From NCBI GenBank assembly GCA_965113315.1, contig OZ220369.1: 64,000 nucleotides of DNA. One strand, 5' to 3'. The position numbers and the translations under genes are program-made. The notes below the pieces were generated by a model, which was not told where the DNA came from, searched no databases, and worked only from the letters and a program-made list of their open reading frames with translations. This document shows, one piece after another, positions 49,601-64,000 of the stretch. This DNA is from Podarcis vaucheri. Lineage: Eukaryota. How positions within the stretch are numbered: position 1 is the first letter of the stretch; each line of letters opens with the position of its first letter.

Positions 49601-51639
49601 ATTGACTGGATAAACAGACACACTATGTACGAACCAAGTTAATGGGATACATTTGGTGGCCAGCAAGGGCACTTTGCTATTGCTCTGCCCAAATAAGTAA
49701 TTGGACTAATTTATGACACTCAGGCTGCTAACGTGTCCATTAAAGGCCCCTTTTGTGCTCTTCCCCTCCACAAATAAAAGGGGGGAAAACATTTCCCCCT
49801 GGTTCAAAGCATGCAAACACCATGCCTTCATCGGGAGTAAGTATAAAGCATTTCCTGACTGTCACTAAAGCTCTTAGCAAAATGGAATTAGAGCCAAACA
49901 CGTGCAAGAATTTCTCTTTCCGGTTAACCCAGGTCCTGACCTTTATTAACCTGGCAGAGATTATTGACAATACAGTATGCCCTCAGTAAGTTGGAATCTA
50001 CAAAGGAACTGTACTAACATCTATCCTGTCCTGACTGCAATATAGCTCAATAACCTGCTGATTTTTGAGGGGTTGGGCAACAGATCAAACTGATAAGAAA
50101 AAGTTGGAATGGAAGGAGGGAAATCTATGCTACATAATCTTGCCTAATGAAACACATTTAACAGTAAGTAAGGGGGGAAAATGAGCCCCCCCCATTCCTT
50201 CTCCCCTGATGCACCAAAGCTGCTCTCATTTGGGCAATTTGTGGTTCCCTTGTGACACATTCTAATGGATATGGAGAACAGTCAGATGCAAATATGAAGC
50301 TTATGGCAAGTACGGAAATTTACAGGGTTTGTGCCTCTGACTTAAGTGTTCTGAACTGCGCATCCAGCCATTTTCTGACTCCTTCTCCACATGTAGGGAA
50401 AAACACAACACCAGAAGCAGTTTTTTCCTTTCCCAGAAAGTGGCAAGTGGTTGACCATTAGATTATGATTGTACAATGTAAACAAGTGTCAAGTGATGCA
50501 TATTGAGTTTAAGTAAATAAATAAATCTTAATTTCACACATACACGTATGGAGTATAAACTGGTGCTGATTGACCAGGAATGAGACATTGAGGTTGAAGC
50601 GAATAGCTTGATGAAGACAGCAGCCCAGCATGTGGCACCTTCACTATATCTCAGAAGTGGAATATTTTTCCAGAAACATTACACAGCACAGAGGCTGGCT
50701 CACGAGTCCACCCCCACCCCCCGTTCTCCTAAAACAAAGTAGCATACCCATGGGAAGGTGCCACAGCTATAGAAAATGTTTCCATGTTGTTTCACAGCAT
50801 GGGGTGACAGGAATTAGGAGAATGAAACTTCTGCATATTAGCACCATATAAAAAGAGAAAGAGTCGCCCAAGTAAGAATAGGCTCAGAGGAGCAACTGTA
50901 ATGCTGGATGAGTGTCCCTTATTTCAGAATTGTTACATAAAGGATGTCTCATTATTTTACTCTGATGTGCCCCTTTTGCCTGGACATCTGCTCCTGCAAA
51001 CTTTGTGCAAGTACCTGTCCCAGAAAACAACAGTGCTGCCCCTGGTGACTGGTCTTAAAACTACTGTCACCTAATAAAGGGTTCAGGAGCATGTGGCCCT
51101 CCTGATGTTGGACTCCAGTTCCCACCATCCCTTATCATTCGCCATGCTGGCTGGGGCTGATGGGACATGGAGTTCTAACATCTGGAAGGCTACAGGTTCC
51201 CCAGCCCTGACTTAATAAAGTGCTGTGGCTGGTAGAACATATAAATAAGTAGATGTTTTTTGCCTAGGGTGTCAGTTGGAGTTACTAGATGAGGAGACTC
51301 TTTTGCTACCATTAACTATGGTGTCCTCCTGGAGCAGCTATACAGGTGGGAAGTTGGAGGCCTGGTGCCAGGGTGAATCTGCTCCTGGGAAATGGCCACT
51401 GCTCAGAGGAAGAACAACCATCTTTGCAGAAAGAAGGTCCCAGGTTTAACCCCCAGCATCTCCAGGTAGGGCTGGGAATGTTCCCAGGCTGAGACCTTGG
51501 ACAGTCACTGCCAGCCTAGGTTGGCAATTCTGAACTTCCTGATTCTGCATAAATAAGTTTCCTGTGTGGTCATCAGGGATGTGTGAGCCCAGTGTCATGA
51601 TCAGCTGGATGTTACCCAACTATGTGTCTCCTTGTTATC

Positions 51640-52250
51640 TGAATGAGGTGATTGATAGGTGCTTGGAGGACGCCATGGTCTGGATGAGTTCAGGTAGCTT
51701 GTTAGCTCATTCTGTTTCTATATCCCTTTGCACAACCAGAGGTGTCGCAAAGCAATTTACAATGAAGGCCAATGAACTGAACCTGAACACCAACATGATG
51801 AAGGTTCTGTTAGCCAGAGGTTTTCAGGTGCAGGAAATGGGTAGCTGGCGTGCGCTGGATGGGTTGCACTTTCCCTGGAGGACCAGCTGCATAGCTTGGG
51901 CTTACTTCTGCATTCTGCTTTGTCACCAGAAGCCTAAGTGATTTCAGTGGCATGGATCACTTATTTTCAGCTCTGGATGGTTCACCAGCTATGGCTGTTC
52001 CTGGACAGAGCCAGACTTGCCACAATAACCCATGCTCTGGTAACCACCTGGTTAGATTGCTGTATTGCACTCTTACATGGGTCCACCCTGGAAGACAGTC
52101 TGGAGGTTGCCAGTGATGAAAATACACCTGTAGAGTGTTAACTGTCTCAGCCTCTTGGGACCACATAACACTGATTCTAAAAAGGTTTGCATTGGCTGAC
52201 TATAAGCTATTGAACCCAACTTAAGGTTTTAGTGTTGGCATACAATGCCT
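51640..52250 (+). mobile_element. L2-type LINE RT remnant
   Basis: WM..N.L.LN-like and HALVTTWLDCCIAL motifs (cf. L2 LVTSRLDYCNAL); degenerate. Confidence 0.65.
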
Positions 52251-52253
52251 TGA

Positions 52254-52414
52254 GGGACACTGGTGCTGCTGTGGTCTAAACCACAAAGCCTAGGGCTTGC
52301 CGATCAGAAGGTCGGCGGTTCAAATCCTCACAATGGAATGAGCTCCCGTTGCTTGGTCCCTGCTCCTGCTCACCTAGCAGTTTGAAGGCACATCAAAGTG
52401 CAAGTAGATAAATA
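52254..52414 (+). mobile_element. Sauria SINE 5' half, diverged
   Basis: Similar to the 18.7-kb copy (ttgccgatcagaaggtcggcggttcaaatcc...gtgcaagtagataaata). Confidence 0.75.
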
Positions 52415-53429
52415 CTGGCATTAGGGTGTGTGATGTATGAAACCAATTGGAGCCATTTGGGTTTTCTTAGAAAGGAGCAGAGGAAAAGAACTGTCTGCCG
52501 CCATGCTAGTTTTGAGGTTTCTGATTGGCTTTATTATTTTTGTTTTCTTTTTGCTGTTGGGGCCCTCCCTGGACTCACGCAACAACCAAGTGGATGGCCA
52601 CCAAGTGGAACGGATTTAAAATGTGATTAGAGAAATTCTTGGAGGAGCCGGCTATCAATGGCTACTAGTGGTCAGAGAAGACAGTTGCTGGAATCTGCAG
52701 GAGGGCTGAGTGCTCTTGCATCTGGCTGGCGACTGGGAGAACAGGATGCTGGGCTACATGGGTCAGGTACGTCCTTATGACAGGAAGGATGTAATTTGCT
52801 TTAGTAAATAAATAAGTGCTCTTGCTGTTGATGCAGGGGTATACCTGGACTCCCTTGTGCCCTTGGCAAGGAGCTGTATCAGTGCCCACCCGTCCCTTGT
52901 ACCCTCCTCCAAGGCACCCAAAGGAGCTTGCGCACCTTGCCTGGCCAGTTCAGAGCAGGAGAGGAGTGGCCCTGGGAATGGGCAGGTGAGCGGACTCCTA
53001 GCCACTCCAAGCCAAAGGGGCGATGTGTGATTTTTGTGCCCCCCTAGGCATGTGTCTTTGGCAGGGGCCAAACTGGACAACTCCTAGGTATGCCCCTGGC
53101 TGTTGTTTTCAAGTTAGGAAATTAGGCTTATTTAAGAAGGGGGATGGGAGAAGAAAGTATTGCCAGCAACAAAATTAAGTGAGGAGTGGGGTCCTAAGCA
53201 TAGCCTCTTGCGTCTCCCAGCAAAATCAGTGCTACTTGTGAATGAATAAGCCAGGTTAGTGTTGGGCTATCATTATGGAAGGCAAGAGCTGCTCCCACTT
53301 GGTTTCCCTGAGAAATCTTTACCCTCTTCCTAGGCTGATAGATTGCAGCCTGCCAAATGCATTTTTTCTGGATGCTATCTCTTTCTGGCCTGCTGGAGGT
53401 TTTTTAGCCTCCTGTCTCTAAGGAAGTGA

Positions 53430-54995
<1,566 letters not shown>

Positions 54996-57715
54996 TAGCC
55001 CATTTGCTCCTTCTTTTCCTTGGTGTTGTCCAGTGGATCACCCTTCCATTTCTTTGCCAGGTTGTACTGTATCCTTTTAGGCAGCCCTGCCAGTTGAAAG
55101 CTTCGTTCTTACTGTAAGACAGAGAAAAGCAGCTCACCCAGGCAGGGCCCCTTCCCAATGGAGCCCTCTAAGTTCATTTGCGACCAGGGCTGTTTCTTTT
55201 CTTGTGCTCTGTTGCCTGATGAAGAGAAGGCCTTTTTTTGCAAGCTGGTTTGTTGGATAGAGTGGGGGGGGGGGTAGAAGGCTGGAAGGCATTCAAATTC
55301 TTACTCAGCTATGAAACTCCCTGTGGTGGGTTAGTCACTATCTTTCATCTAAGCTTACATTGTGGGTTGCTGTAAGGATAAATGAGGTGAGAACTGTGAA
55401 ACATTTTATTTTTATTTTTTGCATATGGAAAGGAGCTTAGAAATTAAGAGCAATGGCTGTGAGGAACCAAACTATATCCAAAGTTGTATATGAGGAGGAA
55501 TATAGTAAGGCAGGGTCAATAAATTGGTTAGCATCATAACAGGAAATGCAGGTTTTTGGTATCTGGAGCAAATGACCCAAGAGAGACCCCTTTACATGGA
55601 TTAATCTGAGGCACAGTCTGCCAGGAAGTGACGTTTGGCTTCCATTCATTTTCATGAGGGTTGTTCAGAATGTCCCAGTGAATTATGCCCCCTGGATCAG
55701 ATTTGTGTCTCTGCCACTGCCAGTCTGCTATCCTTAATTGTTGCCCATAATCTGCCACCTGAGGTGGTCACGTGCCTGTCCTATCATTGGACTGTTTCAT
55801 GACTTGAAGGCATGACTCTAGACCCACCACTTGAACCTGTAGGTTCTTTCAACTCTGAAGCGGATTAGGTTTAAAAACAAACAAACACATAACCAAGGCA
55901 GCAAGATGCACTGCTGGATCTTCTCAATGCAGGCACTTTGAAATTCTCACCATAATGAAAACATATTGCAAGCTGCTATCGTTTTTTATAATTCCCCCTC
56001 CACACATAAAGCTCAACCTGATGCATCCAGAGCTTATCTGCAAAACGACTGCAATTCATAGAGTGTTCCCACATTGAGATTTCACAGCTTGATTGTGTAC
56101 AGCAAGGGTAGAGGCCCTCAGGCCCAGAGGCCAGATGTGGGCCCAAGCCTCTCTCTCTAGGCCATACTCCTTCTTTAGTCATGTCCTTTCTGCCCAGGCC
56201 ACCCTGCTCACTGGTCTTCCTTCACACCCTCATTGAGTGCTTTTGTGTGACTGGGATGTGTCCTTGAACTCTGATAATGACTTGCCTGCCTGTATAGAGC
56301 ATAGAAAGGTGTATGTGTGTAGAAGTACATTTACATTTGTTGCTCTGGCCCCGTCCATCACTGACTTGCAGCTCCCAGAACGTTGCTCAGAAGGGAATGT
56401 GGGCTAGGGACTGGAAAAGCTTTCCCACTCTTAATGCAGAGAAACCCAGAGGCAGGTGAGGACAGCTGTTTTTGACCTCTGATGGCACTTTCAGGTGTAT
56501 CAGGGTGAGTGGGAATGGGTACAAATACTAAATAAATATTTAGCAGAGACACAGAGAGAAATTATCTAGTTCTGATGTCTTATCCTGAGAAAACAGCTTT
56601 CTTTCTCTCAAGTGACTGAATCACTTGGTCTCTTGTTCACTGACAGTGTCCCAGCTCCCCTAGGTAGAAGGGGCCAAACCAGCTTCCAAGAGCCCCGTGG
56701 AAACAACAAGGGAGGCCTCTGGTTTTCATCTTATGTGTCTGTATCCAAACAGCTTTGATCTCCCTCACCCCAGCCCATGTTGCTTAGAGTGTTTTAAAGA
56801 TTTTAGATAGAGGAAGAAAGAAAAACATCCAAGGCCTTTATCCTCAGCCTTGAAAGTCTGGATTGGCAGGGAGGAGGAGGAGAAGCAGTAGAGATCCAAA
56901 GCTTCAAAATGCAACTCTTTATAAACAAATTTGTTGTTCTGACTGGGGTAATAGCGGAATGGGGCAGTGGGAGGTTGGGAATGAGGAAAGAGGACTTTGA
57001 TATGTTTTAACACTCTGTGCTGTGCTTACGAACTTACTTTGAAATGGTTAGAGCTGAGGGTTTTCTTGATTGAACACAGAATTTTGAAAGAGCATGGATA
57101 CATTCTACATGTTTCCTGCTCTGCTTCTCTACCTTTATCATTCCCTAAGGAGAGCTGGGATTATTCCAAATACATGGTTTTCTATAAAGACAAGACTGAA
57201 GACCAGCTTGAAAAGTCTCTTAAAACCCAAGGGATGGTTTTTTAAAGAAGGCATCTGACCTGTCCATGCCTTTATCCAGAGCTCAGGTGGTCACGATGGA
57301 ATCTTGCTGCAGCAGTACAATTCCTAATGAATTCTGGCTGGCTATGGAGTCCACAGAATAGGACATAAATTTGAATAACCCAGGAATTGGACAGAAATGT
57401 AAATATTCTGTCGTGGCTAAATTAATGTTGTCTCTAAAGCTAGAAAGGATGGGGGAAACAGACTTCATGATGTTTGTGAAACTAGTTTAGGAATAAATGC
57501 CGTACAGGTAGCAGAAACCTACCCAGCAAAGCTTTGGTAGAGAATTGTAGGGCAAGTGTGGGGAACTTTTGGCCCTTCAGATGTTGCTGCAACTCCCATC
57601 ATCCCTAGTCATTGGCCATGCTTGTTGGGGCTGGTAGGAGTTATAGTTAAGCAATATCTGGAGGGCCAAAGGTTCCCCACACCTGATGTAGAGCCTTATT
57701 TTGCACCTATGATTA

Positions 57716-58782
57716 TTTTTTTTAAAAAAAACAATATTTTTATTTTCCAAGATTTTTTTAAAAAATAACAACACTTTTACATTCAATTATACACCAAATT
57801 CAACTTGTTTGACTTCCTCCCCCTCCCCCTGGCTTCCAAATTCAATCATTCATCATTATGCATATCATTTTTTTTCTCTGCAATTTTCAAATCTTAATTA
57901 TAAATATGTTGTCCATATTTAACACATCATAAACATAAATGTTACAATAACCCTGCTAATGTTTTAGCATATTTACAGTGTTCTTTAACATATTCTATAA
58001 ATTTTATCCAATCTTGTAAGAATTTCTTCTCATCTTGTTTACTGATCCTATTGGTAAGGTTTGCCATTTCGGCATAGTCTATCATCTTGATTATCCATTC
58101 TTCCTTTGCCAGTGTGCCTTTTTCTTTCCATTTTTGGGTAAATAGCATTCTGGCGATCGTGGTAGCATACATAAACAGTCTCTTTAAGTTCTTTGGTATC
58201 TCCTCCCCCACTATTCCAAGCAAGAAGGCTTCTGGGTGTTTTTTTTAATAAAAGGTTATCTTAAACATTTTTTTAACTCATAGTAAATCATTTTCCAGAA
58301 GTCTTTTGCCCTTCTACAAGTCCACCACATATGCAAAAAGGTATCTTCATTATCTATACATTTCCAACATATATTGGTGGAATTTTTATACATCTTTGCA
58401 ATCGTACCTGGGGTTAGGTACCAACGGTACATCATTTTCATATAATTTTCCTTTAAAGAACTGTATGCAGTAAATTTTAAATCCTCCTTCCACAGCCTTT
58501 CCCATGACTCAAATGGAATATTGTGTCCCAAGTCTTTTGCCCATTTTATCATTACGTCTTTAACCTCTTCATCTTTTGTTTCCCATTCCAACAGTAGCTT
58601 ATCCAATTTTCAGACCCTGAGAATTCCTTCCCAAAGCCTCTCTCCTTATCACTTCTGAATATGTCATTTAATTGGTGGTATTGCAACCAATCTGTTAAGA
58701 GAAATTTTATTTCATCAAAATCTTTTATCCTCAATTTATTTTCTGTTTCTGTTAACAGATCTTTGTTTGTGGTCCAATTTTC
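57716..58782 (-). mobile_element. L1-clade LINE 3' fragment (ORF2 C-terminus, frameshifted)
   Basis: Three broken ORFs including the Cys-rich motif CWKC..EDTFLHMWWTC; A-rich tail; 16-bp TSD TTTGCACCTAYGATTA at 57700-57715 and 58783-58798. Confidence 0.88.
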
Positions 58783-60276
58783 TTTGCACCTACGATTAGC
58801 TCAGCAGTTGTCGGTGTAGAATCAAAACAGACATAAAAGTATGTCCCTAAAACAGGCTCATGTCTCATATGTCTTTTAATCTTGGTTCACCTGAGGATAA
58901 CAAATGGCCTTAGTGGAATTCAACTGAGTTCTTCAAGGGGACTGGGCTGGCGATCAGTCCTAATGAACTCATGCATTCAGATATTATTGCATCTGGATGT
59001 ATGTATGGTCAAGAATATTACACTAGGAAAGAATGGCTCACTGCTTGTCATGACAAAAAGAGGTAGCTGTTGGGAATTAAAGCTCATGTGCTGCTTTAAT
59101 CCTTCTGATTTCTTAAGCTTCATCATTTCCTGGGATGTCAACACTGCTATCTGCCACAATTCTATTCTTTAAATTGTAGATAAATTTCAGTATTGTAAGC
59201 AGATCAAGTTTTATTAACAGGTTTAGACAAAGCAAAGCTGGTGTGTATTAAAGATCTGATCTGAAGAGTCTACAGACCAACAAAGGGGCATCAAGGTGCC
59301 AACAGGAGCTCAGCATTATTTACAAATGGCCATTGCTATGCGTACAGTACATTTTAGCTTGAATTTGGATCCAAGGGGTCCAAATACTTCTGTTTTCATC
59401 AGCTGTCCGCCTTATTGGCTGCACATTCCTCTTTCTACCCCCCCCCACATCCTATAACATGTGCCCATTCCTGTTGCAGCAATACACAGTTTCCTTTTGC
59501 TGTTATCAGGCTCTTGGAACTCCCACACAATCTCCTGTTCTTCAGGCACATGCGCATTGTCACTCTCGCACACTTCAATGCTGTCATACACATAATATTC
59601 ACCCTTTGTACACATACCCACACACAGATGCTCACACCTCCGCATTTGTTTCATGTTTCAGACATGTTTGTCAAAAACAGACCCATAGATTGCACAATTA
59701 TATCTCGCAGTTGCACAGATGCTTCAGAGGCACAGGAAAGGTATACTAGGCCTTGCAAGCACACAGATGCATTGCTCATACCCAGAAGCACACAGTGAAT
59801 ACCTTTCACATAGACACATCTCGTTTTCAGTATCACTCGGAGGCCCAGATCACAAACATTCCAAAGCCCACTTTTCTCGATGTCATGCTGAAGTTGCCAC
59901 CTGCATGTAATCACATTTGTGTATTTGCTGTGCATCCTGGATATCTGCACTTGCATCCTGGGTCAAATACATCATACGCACAGCCACATTGCTACTATCA
60001 AACTGACTCTCCACATACATAAGCTTCCCTGTATTGGAGCAAGGGGTTCGGACTTGCGAACCCTTCCAGCCCCATGATTTTATACATCTCTAGCAATGCC
60101 ATTTCTCTCTCAAACCATGCACACATAGAAAGAAGAAGCATATTCTTGCTTTTCCAGGGTACAAACCTTCACAGCAATCAAAGCAATGGACATTAGAGTG
60201 ATAGAAGAGCTAAAGGAGGAGAGGAAAGTGAGTACTCATTTCATGTTTCTAGGACTGAAAATTGCACTCTCTATAT

Positions 60277-60278
<2 letters not shown>

Positions 60279-60316
<38 letters not shown>
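60279..60316. repeat. (GT)n microsatellite
   Basis: Direct reading. Confidence 0.97.
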
Positions 60317-60318
<2 letters not shown>

Positions 60319-63300
60319 CCTGCAAGCATTTCATACATGCCAGCAATCTCTATTTTAGTTGCTTTATATTTGGAAATTGAAGCAGAGCTAATTGAACAAT
60401 ACCAGAAAGGCATCCCAGTCCTGGAAATAACTAAGCAATACTATGTCAGGCTGACGTTAGCAACTCAAAATTAGCCTAGCCAATCATCAAGAACATTCTT
60501 TTTTAAAAAAACAAAAAAACCCCAGTTTTAATTTCTAGCAATCTAATCTCAAAAGAAGCACACACTCTCAATCTTTCCCCTCCTCATATCAACACTTCCC
60601 TTTTCAGGACCTTGGAGAGTACTAATTGAGCTGAATGGGCATGGATCAACTGGGCCCTGCTGCCATAAAATTTCCACTTATTTCAATCCCTTTGCCCCAC
60701 CACCCTAAAATGAATGTGGTCTGCAAGCCTCAGTCTGTGGTTTATTGCAACCAATGCACTCTCCAAGGACACATCCAGATGGCCGTTGTGAAGGGGGAGA
60801 TGCTGTAAGTGTATCAGGCGCACACCTGTCTCCTGTGGGTTAACTCAATCCTTCCCTGGCCCTGGAGGTCCCTGCCCTTCCCTGAACAACAGCAAGCATA
60901 TCAGACTAGTATTAAGTCATTAATGGAGACTGCAGAGCTACAGGGCTTGGTATACGGCAACCAATGTTTTCTCCAAGGACAGATCCAGATGGCAATTCAT
61001 ATGGTGCGAATCTAACTCTGATAAAGTGGAGGGGGAAATGGTACTGCCATTTGAAGATACTTCATGAGTCAAAGACTCGTTTACTGATTCACATGCACAA
61101 CTTGTAAGCCACCAAGCCAATTTCATCCACCTTGGTTGCCAGATGCTTCAGAGCCACCCTGTCTTTTCTGCAATCCCACACAGGCAACAAAACAGGAGGC
61201 TGATTGAGTCCCTGTTGCTTTTCCATAATGGCTGTGGGCACAGTTTGGGTCACAAGGTATATGTAGGCCTGGTGTACATCATCCTATGAAAGCTCTGTGG
61301 TGTTTGATCTGCAGTGGCTCTTTCTTACATGCAAGTAATCCTTAAATGCTGCCCTCAACCTGTGTGGCAGACAATGCATGTCCAAACCTCCCTAACCACT
61401 CTCCAAGTTTATCACACAACTGCCCAGCTGAATGTGCTGAAAGCAGTTGCTCAGCAATCCCAACCCATTAGGGGCATGGTCCAGCACATTTTTCAGGGAA
61501 CAGGGAAGTTTTTTAATGGAACTTCCCCAGCTCCCCACTTTGAGTCATACCTTCCAGTAATGCAAACAGATTAGTTAGGAAAAAACAACAAGTTGGAGGT
61601 AAGAAGCATCTCCTTCCACATGTAATGAATTTTATTCTCCTGCCCTCTTGATTTGCACCAGATTTGGTACCCACACTAAAAGGCATATTTACAAGAATTT
61701 GGACGATTTGTTCTGTAGCCAAGGTTTCGTTCTGAAAATAAGATGGGTTTTTCACCTCACCACAGTGATAGAAATAGACACTGAACTCAGCTCTGTGGGT
61801 GTGTAGAGAGAGAGGAGTGGTGGTAAAGGAATATAATTATTATTCTTTGCTGCCATTGTTTATTTATTGCCTTCCACATATATATCTCAGGACGAAACAT
61901 AACAAAAACTGAAAAACACAAGAAATAGATGATTTTTGTTTGTGTGTAATTATACAGAATGGACACCTTGGCAGAGACCTCTTCATCCAGCAGGGAAAAT
62001 GTGGCAGAACATATAATTATGCCCCCCTCTCTCTTATTTTACTCTCTTTTCTTATAAGGCCTTAGCATTTGCTTACTTTCCTGGACAGCACATCATCTTC
62101 CAGATGGGTTTCTTTTTGGAGGCACAGTAGCTATTTCCCCCACTGTGCAGGCCACTGGAGTGCTCTGGGTTTGTAACTTAGGCTAAGTGCACATCCCATC
62201 TGCACCTATTTGATGATGAAATACTTGCCCCCATCCATTCCAGAGCCCCATGTGAACTTTGGTGTGTGAGCTCAGAGCTACCACATGTACGGGGCGCTTG
62301 TGCTGTTGTTCTGTAGAGAATAAAGAACTGTCGGCCCCCTCACCAAGCACAGAAGGGCCACAGGTCAGTGGCAGAGCACTTTGCATGCAGAAGGTCCCCC
62401 ATTCAATCCTCAGTGGCATCTCTGGTTAAGTAGTCAGATAGCAGAGATGGGACAGATCTGCTCCTGAGACCCCAGAGAGCTGCTGTCAATCAGCACGGAC
62501 CAGGGATAGGAAAGGTTGTGGCCCCCTCCAGATATTGTTGGACCACAACAGCCACCATTCCTGACCACTGACCATGTTGGATGGAGTCCAAACAGCATCT
62601 GCAGGGCCACAGCTTGCCCATTCCTGGGGTAAACAATACTGAGTTAGTTGGACCAGTGGTTTGACTCTGTAGAAGGCAACTGCATGTGTCCAGGCTACAA
62701 TTTTGCAGGGTTTCCTGAGGAAAACAATGCATTAAAATGGTATAGAACCAACATAGTGTAGTTCAGATTATGGTGTAGATTAGCATTCTTCAACATTGGC
62801 TAAGCTGGCTGGGGATGGTGGGTTTTGTAGTTCAACTGCACTTCATGACCCAAAGTTGAAGAACGCTGGTGTAGATAATCACTAGAATTCTGTCAAATGG
62901 TGATTATGGGACCCACCCAGTACCTTTTTTTAAATTACACATTCCTGATTATTTGTGCTATAATGCTATGTGGGGGAAGGGCAGTGTCACACATGATCCT
63001 GCTTTTTATACTGTTCACACTTGCAAATGTTTCAGGGTGGTCACACTGCTTCATTTCCAATCAGTGCCTATCCTGTAATTACCTGCTGAAATCATGTAGC
63101 TTTTTATACCAGAAAAGTTCTAGTTTATTTTTGTCCTGCTTTTTTGTGCTATAGCCCCTCTGGAGAGCAACGAGGTGGTAGCTTTGGGGAAGCATTGCAG
63201 AACAACAAGTAAAGCAGAATAAATCCACCACAAAGGCACCATTTTTGTCTTAAGAACATGTTGCTGAATACAACCAAAATAAAACACCGGTCTGGTGGGG

Positions 63301-64000
63301 CCCAGTAAGATTTCCCTCAAGATGATGGTGAGGGATTGTTTCTTTTCCTGGGATGTTAGGTGTGTGGCAAGCACCCGCTTCAGCCCTTCTTGCTCATATT
63401 TCTCCCTGTCAGATTCTCATCCTGATAGTGAAGCATCTGAGCAACCGGCTGGTTTTTGTTAAGTGCCTTGGTTTTGCTGTTTACAATTCACCTCAGCGTC
63501 ATGGTAAATGTACCATGGAACATTGCATAAGGAGAGAAAGGGCCTTAACTCGCCTGAGAAGTGGGATGAGATCACAGAGTTTGTGATGAGGATTATTGAG
63601 TTTGAGGATTAGTGAAGAGAAAGAGAGAGAGAGAATTAGCCAGATTCTGCTGTACTTTGTGCAGGAAGCGTATTAGAAATAATAAGGCAGCTGAATGCAT
63701 TTGGGAATGTTTAGCATGATACATGCTGGAGCATCAGACAATTTTGTGGCACCGATCTTACCCTCAGAAGCAAAGTTTCTTGGATCAGGCTTGGATCAGG
63801 ACAGGGAAATGGGCTGATTCAGGTGCCATTGATGCTGGGTGCTTTTTAGGTGAGTGGCCAAGATCCTTTTCTAGCCATAAAGCCTTGGCAAGTAAACATT
63901 TCTCAGCCTAACCTACTATGCTGGGTTGTTGTTATGGAAGAATGATAGAGGCCTCCATTCTCTGGAAAGGGCTACAGATATAATTTATGAATAAATGGCA

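Noticed and set aside
51030-51050. Additional CTCF-like motifs (also near 34186 and 55753)
   Set aside because: Each has a mismatch or deletion in the core.

Overview
Vertebrate genomic DNA, almost certainly a squamate (lizard): it carries a full-length Sauria SINE, BovB/RTE 3' ends and many hAT MITEs. Two genes lie head to head. ZCCHC14 is on the minus strand and complete: I traced 13 coding exons by hand, all with GT-AG junctions in consistent phase (ATG 34171 to TGA 2142, 3222 nt, 1073 aa), with SAM and CCHC zinc-knuckle domains and a CpG-island promoter at about 34.7-35.9 kb. JPH3 (junctophilin-3) is on the plus strand: its first coding exon is at 54609-54990 and intron 1 runs off the window. 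The rest is intron or intergenic DNA with LINE, SINE and DNA-transposon remnants, microsatellites and one 129-nt assembly gap. I found no new gene system. The best leads are smaller: an interleaved inverted-repeat array in ZCCHC14 intron 2, two stop-free in-frame mini-introns, a three-ATG start region with a long +1-frame ORF in JPH3, templated extra target copies at RTE-family 5' junctions, a convergent CTCF pair, and RFX X-boxes.
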